Below, piece after piece: positions 53,782-64,000 of a stretch of 64,000 nucleotides of DNA (position 1 is its first letter; every line of letters starts with the position of its first letter). The stretch lies in the NCBI RefSeq assembly GCF_009914755.1, contig NC_060936.1. One strand, written 5' to 3'. Made by a program: the position numbers and the translations under genes. Source of the DNA: the human T2T-CHM13v2.0 reference genome, Homo sapiens. The notes under the pieces were generated by a model. That model searched no databases. It was not told where the DNA came from and saw only the letters and a program-made list of their open reading frames with translations.

Positions 53782-54428
53782 TTTTTTTTATTATATATCA
53801 AATTATAGTTGTATATACTTATGAGAAACAAAGTGGCATTATGATTTTTGAATATAATGTGGGATTAAATAAAGCTAATCTATCCATCACCTCAAATATT
53901 TGACATATTTTGTGATGAAAACATTTGAAATTTACTCTCAGCAGTATTGAAATGTACAGTGCTTAATTATTAGCTGTATTCACCATGTTGTGTAATAGAT
54001 CTAAAAAAAGTCAAACATGCTCCTTCTATCTAATTGAGGCTTTGTATCTTTTGATTATCATCTCCCCATTCCCACATCCCCGGCCTCTAGCAACCATCAT
54101 TCTTCTCTCTACTTCTGTGAGTTTAATTGTTTTAGATTACACAAATAAGTGAGATCATGTGGTATTTGTCTTTCTGTGCTTGGCTTATTTCACTTACCAT
54201 AATGTCCTCCAGGTTCATCAATTTCTACCTTTTTAAAGGCCAAATAGTATTTTATTGTGTATATATGCCACATTTTCTTTATCCATGCATCCATTGATGG
54301 ACATTTAGGTTGATTGAATAACTTGATAATTGTGACTTGTCTGCAGTGAACGTGGAGTGCAGACTTCTCTTTGACATACGGATTTCAAGTCTTCTGGATA
54401 AATGCCCAGAAGTGGGATTGTTGGATCA
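53782..54428 (-). mobile_element. L1MA-type 3' end, antisense
   Basis: ataagtgagatcatgtggtatttgtctttctgtg; ccacattttctttatcca; cccagaagtgggattg. Confidence 0.85.
53864..53873 (+). terminator. Candidate ALG10 polyadenylation signal (overlapping ATTAAA/AATAAA)
   Basis: ATTAAATAAA ~1.36 kb after the stop codon; position fits my recollection of a ~6 kb annotated gene span. Alternative signals: AATAAA 52729-52734 and AATAAA 60847-60852. Confidence 0.55.
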
Positions 54429-55275
54429 GGAGATAATATCTTAGCCGATACCTTTTAAATAACTCTCAGTATCTTTACTGAGAGGTTAAAAAGTAAGTGA
54501 CTTCTGAGGTAATATAAAGCTAAAGGTGACTAGTGTTTGATTCCATTATCTATTTAAAAAAATGTCAGAATTGAAAGTTAAGAAATCATTTGGTCTGACC
54601 TTATTTTGTAGATTAGGGAACAACTGCTGGGGTAGGATTATTTTGTGTTACTTTTTGAATTTTGTGTTTATTATTTTGAGTGTATTTTTTGGGTTGTCAT
54701 TCCATTATAGGAAAGTATTATTTGGGCATGTTAAATTTGACATGTAAACTTAGAATTATGAATAGAACACTTCTTTTAACATAATTTTATGTTTCCAAAC
54801 TTTAAAAGTAGCTATAAGTGAACAAATTACTTTCCCCTCAATGTCAAATTTTGTTTCTCTGAGTTTTAAGTAATGATTCTACATTTACAAATATAAAATT
54901 GTGTGTAGGTGAAAATCACAAGTATAATTTGAATGATAAATACAGACCGTTTTTTGGTTGTACTCTAGTACTCAGAAAATAGAGTTGCATTAGTTATAAC
55001 AGTGATTGTAGAAAAACGTGTTTTACCCAGACTTTTTAAAAATTAGACGAGAGAGGACACTCAGAGAAATTATACTTTTGTCATTAATTTACTATAATAG
55101 AGAACTAAATCCGAGAAGTCAAAATTGAAAAAAGAATGTATAATTTAGGGAAAATAACTTTTTGTCTGATAATATTAATGCAAGGATTTTGTATTTAGGA
55201 ATACTTCTGAGAGGAGAAGCTTCCACTCTGATCTAGTCTGGCAAAATTGAGGAAAATATTCTACCCTGTAATTAA

Positions 55276-55624
<349 letters not shown>

Positions 55625-57348
55625 CTTCTAGTTCATTTTTAAGTGTTGAGTCCCTGCTGTTTTAAGAGATGTTTTGGTGAAAATCTACATTCAGAGAGAA
55701 ACAGATTAATCTTCCACATTTTTAATAAAATACATATAGTACTTGGGATTTTAAGAAAAGAATGCCATGTATTAAAAGGTGCTATTTTCAACTGTTTATT
55801 ATTTTAAAACAGGAATGCTTATCAATACTTTTGAATTTAAGATAAATGTCTTGGTTAAATTTTCTAGGCAGTTCAAAGATGGCCATTTGCTGGTGAATTT
55901 TCCAAAATAGGTAACAGATAAAATGATTATGTAAGAACTTGGCACAACATATCCTTTTGCCTTTAGTTGTTCAAGAAATGATACCAAACTCAAAGTCATT
56001 CACTTGAAACAACTGAGAAGACCATTCTTAGGTGTTTAGATCCTTGCTTTTAGAAATATTCTTAGTTATATTTGTGTTTTTAAGAGTTATTGAGTGGATT
56101 TTTTTTCATGAATTTTTAAACATTAGACTTAGCTGAATTGATTAAAATAAGGTGATTATGAAAAAAAATGTTGCCCTGCTTGAGGGCATATGGAGCCCTA
56201 CAGTTACCGTTACTAAAGTCTGTGAGTATGTCTGTTTTGAAAAGTGTCATAAAAAGATCTAGTCCATAAATCGTTATAGGTTCAGTAATACATCATTTTG
56301 AACTGATTCTATCTTCTGTGAAATTCTAGAGATATGTTATCTTTAGGTAAATTAGTAAGATTTCAGGTATGCTGTGAATTTTGTTACGTTTATGTTTTCC
56401 ATTAATGGATAGTCAGAAATCTTTTGAACTGCGTCTGACTATATTTAAATGATTTGGAAAGATAGTATCTCTCAGTTTAAACATAGCATCTCATTTTGGC
56501 AAGATACATTATTTTAGCTGTCTGGACTTTTCTTTGCCTTCTTAGAGTTATTTCTGAAATGTGCATAGCCAGTCATAAAATACTTTGTATAAATAGCCTA
56601 GTGTAATTTATTTCTAATAAATACACAGCTTAATGAAATGCATTTCTAGTTTGAACTTAATTGCCACTTGGCTTGATATTATTTTCCTTAGAATTGTTGG
56701 AATAGAGGAGAGAGGAAGGGATCTACCATTTTTATTTATACCACCTAAATAGTGGACTGTTATTTTGGACTCACTTTTAAATAAAATATTTATTCATATG
56801 AAGAAATACATTTTGTGTTTATTAGGTTAGCAAGCATTTATTATCTTTGAAATAATTGGAATTTCATTAAAAAGTGAAGCAAGTAAGAATTGTGATGTAA
56901 ATTTGAAAATTTTTAAATGGAAATTTAAATATGACTTAGGAACCATGGGCTTGTAGAAAAAAACAGTTAACATGGGGGTTAAGATTTTTATATTTGGTTG
57001 TGGCTCTGGGATCAATAAGGCAAGTGGTTTAGTCTTCAGTCCTCATTTCAGATGAGAATAGTATTTGTCCAAACTCTAGTCAGTGTCTGATTGGTATGTG
57101 TATAACCTTATTTTAAAAAGGATTCATCCCTGCCATATACTCATAATATTTATGTCATATGATAAATATTGAGTAAATATATACTGAATGAAGTTTTTAG
57201 TATAGAGTGAAGTGAATAGAAAAAATATCCATATAACCGTGGCTAATTTTAGGAAGTAAATCGTGTTTCATAATAAGAGTCATCCTAAACATTTTTGTGC
57301 ATAATTTTCTGACCCAGGGTTAAAAATTTTTATTTGCTTTAGTGAAAG

Positions 57349-57563
57349 TTTTTTCAACTCACAGGCCGCATGTAGCCCAGGATGGCTTTGAATGCGGCCC
57401 CCAACACAAATTTGTAAACTTTCCTAAAACATGATGAGATTTGTTATGATTTTTTTTTTTTTTTGATCATCAGCTATCATTAGTGTTCGTGTATTTTATG
57501 TGTGGCCCCAGACAGTTCTTCTTCCAATATGGCCCAGGGAAGCCAAAAGATTGGAGACCCCTG
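57349..57563. mobile_element. MER30B-like hAT-Charlie element
   Basis: ggctttgaatgcggccc...tcagctatcattagtgt...ggcccagggaagccaaaagattggagacccctg. Confidence 0.8.
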
Positions 57564-57611
57564 CTAGCATTTAATGCTTATACACGTATTTACTTGTAAA
57601 TATGTTGTTTC

Positions 57612-57826
57612 TTTGATAGGATATGATTTCAACATAATTACGGTTTATTTAAAATAAGAAAAATAAATAACTTTCAACCATTAAGAGGTTATAAGACTTT
57701 AAAGGGAAAGTTTAATAGGGTATAATTTCAAAATAATTGCTTTTTATTTAAAATAAGAAAAATCATTAAACTTCAACCAATAACAGGTTAAAGAATTTAA
57801 AGGTAAAAGACATTTCAACTAATTAC
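57612..57826 (+). repeat. Diverged 99-bp tandem duplication (2 copies plus partial)
   Basis: tttatttaaaataagaaaaat...ttcaacca.taa.aggtta repeats at period 99. Confidence 0.85.
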
Positions 57827-58290
57827 AAATACTTTGTTTTTTTTTAGTTGGGCTACATTTTACCACTCTAGGAATAGCTGTTAATTATTTTTTATATAGG
57901 GTATTTTTATGTATTTAATGTTGACAACTGACGTTTCCAATATGCAAAAACTTGCATAACTGAGAAAATTATAATAAAAATAGAGATTGAGAATATATTT
58001 TTAACATATATCCATGAGTCAAAACTAATATTTAATATTTGGGATTTGAAAAATTATTTCTGGGGTAAGAAATTTTGTCACAATATAATATCTGTATATT
58101 GTGCTTTTTTTAAGAGAGAAGTTTTTGATGAATTGAATGTTAATTAAATTTTATCTCAGCATATCACCATCAGACCAAAAGATACAGTATTTTTCTAACA
58201 AGGAAAAGAAAATACATACATATATGTATTTATATATACAAATTTGTATATATGTAATGTATGTGTGTGTGTATACATATTAATTTCCTC

Positions 58291-58423
58291 TTTTTTTTTT
58301 TTGTAAGAATTGAGACAGGGTGTCAGTATGTTGCGTGGGCTGGTCTTGAACACCTGCCTCAAGTGATCCTCCCACCTTGGCCTACCAAAGTGCTGGGATT
58401 TACCATGAACCACTGTGCCAGCT
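58291..58423 (-). mobile_element. Alu monomer (FLAM-like)
   Basis: Single antisense left-arm-type monomer with T tail. Confidence 0.75.
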
Positions 58424-61400
58424 TCCAACGAGAAAATTATTAAATGTGTTGGTTTTTCACAGTGAAACTTAATTCAGTTTAGTTGAACCATATATGTGTG
58501 TGTACGGCATATACAAGATGAAAAAGAAAGGGAGGAAAAATAATAATGATGGTTGCCATCATTCATTGAACACCTGTAATGTTTTAGGCATTATACTAGC
58601 TGATTTACAAATATTGTCTCATTTGATGCTACATTTATATTTCTGTGAGGTAGATGTTGATTTCTATTTGACTGCTGAAGAAACTGAAGGTCAGGCAGGT
58701 CAGGTGATTTGCCCAAAGTCCGCACTGTCACTAAATGAACATAGATTGGTATGACTCCCAAGCCTGTGAGTTTTTGACCATCATATTCTGCCTCACTATG
58801 AAAAGTTTATTTAATTTAATTTTTTTTTAATCAAAAGAAGTAGTATATGGAGAGAGAGGTGAAAATCCATGTTTGCTCTCTGCAGTTTCCAGACCATTCA
58901 TGGCATGTTATTTTTGTACTGGATATAGTCATTTTTTAAAATGCTACAAACTGTTCAAAAGAGCATGAACAACATGATAACTCCTTATAATTTTGTTGTA
59001 AGACAAATGGCTAAAAGTATGTGGGATGTTTAATTTGGATAAGTGGAAATTCTATCACTTGATAAGCTCTCTTGAAGAATAATTATTTGAAAGATTGGAC
59101 TTAATTCTGTATTGCCTGAAGTGTAAATCAGAAGTCAACAATTAGATTGCAAATTATGAAAAGCATAACTTTTCTAATTGTTTAGTCTTTTTAGAGAAAC
59201 AAGCCCAGGAAAAAAGTAAGATTCTCATTCATTGGAGATAAGATTTCTATTTATCAAAGATACTTCAGAAGAGTTAGATAGCAAGTAGGTAAAATGTCTT
59301 TTAAAGGTATCTGACATCTTTAAAGCTCTGTGATTTTTAAATTCTTAATTTTGTTACAGCTAATTTTTTTAAAATTAATTGCTGAGTCATGGTCAAGTAT
59401 TTCTGATGACTTACATGCTGTCTTTGATACATTTTAAGTTTCTAAACCAAAACTACTATTTAATTCTGTTACCCTGTTTTAGAAAAACATTTGAGTTATA
59501 CAACTTACTAAAAGGTATTTTAGCGATGATGTTTTGGAGCACTAGTAATATAGTGTTTAACTTATTTTCTATTTTTTATCCCTCTATATTAGTGAAATTA
59601 CTTCTCTTTGAAGTTTTCCCCCAGTGATAAAAAAAGGCTGAGCAGTATCTGTAAAAATTTTTAAGGTGGTGTCCACTAGGTGGAGATATTGTGCTACATT
59701 TCCAAGTGTTGTAATTAAACTTTTATTAGTCTGAATTAAACTCTTTTATTTTTTATAATCATTTATATCTATTTATCATAATGTTATTCAAATGTTTCCT
59801 GAGTTGTATGAAGCTAAGATACAGGTAAAAACAAAACAAAACAAAAACCTCACTTTGTGTTTTGTAATCATTAGACAATTTAACCTAATATATCTTCCCA
59901 TATGATATGATCTTTTCATATGGCATACTTCATTCATATGACATAGTTAGAATCTTTTCCCACAAACAATGAGTGATGATATCTCATTTGAAAACTCGTG
60001 TAACATTGTATCAGCCACTGTTATAAAGTGATTTACCCATGTTAGTCTCATAACAACTCTATGAGATCAGTACCGTACACATGGGGAAACTTAGTATAGA
60101 GAGGTGAAGTATTTTTTCCAAGATTACAAAATAGCTGTCTGAGCTGGGATTCATAACCAGGCAGCCTGACTCCAAAATCAATATTCTTAACTCTATTGAT
60201 ATGATGGAGAAAGGCATGAAGTCTATCTTCAAATTCATGGCATTTTAGAAGGAAAAATTGTCACAGATAATGTGATTATACTTCCTAGTTTTATAGGTCA
60301 GAAAAATGAAGTCCACACTAATTTTGCCTCTTCCACAAGGAGATAGATTCTCATCTACCATTGTGTCTTTTGTTTCTGTTTTTGTCATCATACCTCAAAT
60401 TGATATATGTTGTAAATATGAATTTAAGGAAGTAAAAAAAATAACTCAGGGCTGGAGCCTTCAGCCATATTAATATACATTGACATAAAGACCTTTGTTT
60501 TAATATGAATGATTCCAGTTACCAAATGGAGAAATAGTTGTTTGAAAATTAATATTTAGCTTCTCAAAAGAGACTCCTATTTGGAAGCAAATTGTTGGTT
60601 AAACAGGACATACTTTAGATTTTTGAAAAATTCTCTGTGGAATAACAATCTCTTATTTTTAAGAATGTATGAATATGTGTTCTATATGCTTTTAAGTTAT
60701 GTATTACATACTGTTCTCTAAAATGGAAATGTTTATTTGGCTTCTAAAAGTCATTTGTGAGTTCATGTTATTTAAAACTGCTTTTCAATCAACTTATTCT
60801 TTATAAAAAAAGTTTGTTCAAATAGCATGTTTTTATTTCATTTCTAAATAAATTCATGTTTGATAATATTTTATAATGTATTATATCTAACACATTTTCT
60901 TATCCTAAGCCAAGTATTAGAAGCTTTGTATTTCCCTCACACTGTCCAGTTAGCCATTTTCCCCTGTCTACCACCTACCTAATCCTAAGCTTTATTAGTC
61001 ATTTTAAAATAGAACCAAATCTTTTTAAACACCTGTGATGTGTGCTCATAACTAGCCTGGGTGTCTGTATAATCTTCCTTTTATTCTCATAATAATAGAA
61101 AGCAGTTAAATTACTGGCTGATCACCTTGAACTTGTGGGGGCTTGGGTTTCTTTTTTAGGCTAGGTCTGTAGGAAGCTCAGAGTATTTACCAAACACATC
61201 TAAACTTGGCAGGGTTCAAGCCCCAGTCTTTGGGTCTTGTGGTGAAAAAAAGAAAGTGGTCCCTACTCTGTGTTTGCAGACTTCCAGCTCTTACTTTCCA
61301 TTGGGTGTCTTCGAGTTTCTCCCATCATATGCAGCTCAGAGGTCAGCCCAGGACTTATACACAGATTTTGGGATTCCCTTCTTCTGTGACTCCCTCTTTT

Positions 61401-61837
61401 CTGAGATTTCTCCTAATTCACAGCTACTCTAGCAGTCCTGAATTCCGCCCTTTCACACCTCAAACCAATCATATTGTACCTTTCTAACTAGGGTGTGCCC
61501 TCTGAGGGAAAAGTCATATAAACATGGATCGCACCCAGTGAGATCTTTCAACTGAGTCCATCCAGTTCCTGCCTTCTTTTGTCTACTCTTCAATGTTTCC
61601 AAAAAGATTTTTTTCCCCTTTTAAATGAGTCAATCTAGAGGAAAGCTAATATAATAAAAGCTCCTCTGCCATGACCTGCCTAGGAACCTTGTCTTGATTG
61701 TAGTTAACATGTGTTATGTGTAGTCTGTTTATTAGATAAGGAAGTTGTGGGTATTACTTTTGGTTTTGAGAAACTAAAACGGAGAGTTCCTGAAAATAGT
61801 TTAGGTGGCAAGAGTAAGTTTTTGGAATATGGACTTC

Positions 61838-62200
61838 TGTATTAGCCCATTCTCATGCTGCCAATAAAGACATACCCGAGACTGGGTAATTTATAAAGGA
61901 AAGAGGTTTAATGGACTCATAGTTCCACATGGCTGGGGAGGCCTCACAATCATGGTGGAAGGTGAAGGAGGAGCAAAGTCACATTTTACATGGTGGCAGG
62001 TAAAGAGAATGCTTACGCAGGACAACTCCCATTTATAAAACAATTGGCTCTTGTGAGACTTACTACCAGGAGAACGGTATGGGAAAGACCCACCCCCATG
62101 ATTCAGTTACCTCCCACTGGGTCCCTTCCACGACACCTGGGAATTATGGGAGCTAAAATTCAAGATGAGATTTGGTTGGGGACACAGCCAAACCATATCA
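61838..62200 (-). mobile_element. THE1B-like solo LTR
   Basis: tgtattagcc...gccaaaccatatca with perfect TSD ACTTC (61833-61837, 62201-62205). Confidence 0.95.
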
Positions 62201-63333
62201 ACTTCTAATATGGTACTCTAACAAAGTCTGTCATAGTATTTGTTATTAAATGCAATGACAACTTGAGGGAACCTTGTGTGAAAAACATGGTATCAAGAAA
62301 CACAAAAGTGACCTACTCCAGACAAGATGAACTCACCTAATGGGGGCTAACTAATGCAAAGTACAACATGATTGATTATCACTGAGGAAGAATATAAGAG
62401 CTAGGGTGTTTACTTGAGAATAGAAATCACATCTGGCAGAAGGGACAAAGACATACTTCATGGAGAAATTCACATTGGAGATTATTTGTATGGAAACCTG
62501 TGGAGACATTGCAGAAAGCATTTCATACAGAATAATGTGATGCAAACAAATTACACAGTAAACTAAACTACCATATGGCTGAGAAGCAGGTGGTGACAGT
62601 GGCCAACACTTATGAAGTGCTATGTGACAGGCACCAGTCTAAATTTTGAACATGAATTTATTTAAGCCTCATAGAGATGCCCTAAGGCAAATGCTATTAT
62701 GATCCCCATTTTTACTGACAAGGAAAATAAGACATAGGGAATTGAAACAGTTTACAAACAGGAAATGTGGCTCCAGAACATGCCCTCTTAACCAGGGCGC
62801 TATACTGATTCCTGCTAAACTTGCATCATCTGATGGCCTGTGCATCCAAAGAACTGAGGTTATTTTTAGGAAGAAAGAACAGTGCTCTGCTGTATACAGT
62901 GAGGAGCAAGGAAAGCACGTCCCACACACAGACCCACAGATAAATGGGTGTGGAGAGAAAAATAGTTATTTAGAGATGATAGCCAGGTTTCAGTTAAAAC
63001 TAGAAGAATGGCTCTGTGAGACAGGCCCTCCACTCTCCTGTAGATCCTGTTGTAAGTGATGCAGAAGCCAGAGAGAAGGTTGCTCTCCATCGGAAACATG
63101 AGGAGTTTCGGAGACCTCCCTAAAATATTTGGCCTGAAAGGGTTTGAAGCCAGGAGGAGAGATGCAGTCTTAGGAGAAACGTTTCATGAGCTGTAGCAGG
63201 TACCCTATCAGTCTTTCTCAGTAAGTACTGTTCTATGTAATTTTTATATTTTCCTTGCAACGCTATCACTCTCTAAAGGTCTAGTGAAGAAATCAAATTT
63301 AGATGAAGAAACCTAGCTTGACCTAGAATCTTC

Positions 63334-63335
<2 letters not shown>

Positions 63336-63366
<31 letters not shown>

Positions 63367-63376
63367 GTGTGTGTGT
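63336..63376 (+). repeat. (TG)n microsatellite
   Basis: Seen directly. Confidence 0.9.
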
Positions 63377-64000
63377 AATGTATACATTGGGTCTTTGGGC
63401 CAAATACACTGTAAGGTTTCAGAGGTATAAACAGGCCCTGGGCTTTGGAGAACCATGGGAGGGGATGATCTTGATCTAAGTCAGTAGTTTTTACTTAGCC
63501 ACATCTAGAAATCTATGTCTTGGTCATAAATTTTGTTCTTTGAAATGCAGGGAAATGTATCATAAAATGCAGGAAATGCAAGGAAAAGTAACACATTAAA
63601 GCTAATTGGTTATTAATATTTTAAGAGCATATGAGAATGTCATATTCTATTCCCTCCAGCTCTCCAACCATATCCCCGACACATACCCACACACTGCCTG
63701 CCCGCACGTAAGCACAAGTATTTCTGGGGATCATGAGCATGAGAACTTTAGGGGTATTGCTAGGAAAAGAAGGAAGAGAGTAAGTAGGAAGACTGAAGAC
63801 AGAGAAAGGAACCACCAGAAAGAGTAGAAAAAAAGAGAGGAATCCTTTCTTCACATACCAGTGACTCTAAGAATACCTTTCTCCATTAAAATAATATCTC
63901 ATCCAGGAGGCACGTTCAAATGAAATACACGTGGAATACTGATATGAAAAGACAGAAGAATATAATAGGATCTGAGTTGAAAGACCGTGCTTATCTCTTC

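Overview
AT-rich, repeat-dense primate (almost certainly human) genomic DNA with one protein-coding gene: ALG10 (ALG10A/DIE2 homolog, Dol-P-Glc:Glc2Man9GlcNAc2-PP-Dol alpha-1,2-glucosyltransferase). It has three coding exons on the + strand (48194-48364, 49556-49753, 51457-52509; 473 aa) and a CpG-island/ETS promoter at ~47.9-48.4 kb. Diagnostic residues match my recollection of ALG10 (12p11.1) rather than the paralog ALG10B. The rest is transposon-derived or anonymous DNA: a 5'-inverted L1PA with TSD, an old L1PB-type element split by a full-length THE1 provirus, solo THE1/MLT1/ERV1 LTRs, Alus, MER5/MER3/MER30/MADE1 DNA elements, MIR/L2 relics, a hY3 Y-RNA retrocopy and a 27-bp AT-rich palindromic minisatellite. 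The other ORFs in the track are repeat-derived or spurious. I found no evidence of a new multi-gene biological system. The most noteworthy observations are structural or regulatory: two ORF1-derived snippets patched into the ORF2 of the same L1, a poly(A) signal apparently created inside an antisense L1 in the ALG10 3' region, a MADE1 (miR-548-type) hairpin in the likely 3'UTR, divergent CTCF-like motifs bracketing ALG10, and a palindrome-bounded VNTR. Repeat subfamily names come from remembered consensus sequences, not from a search.
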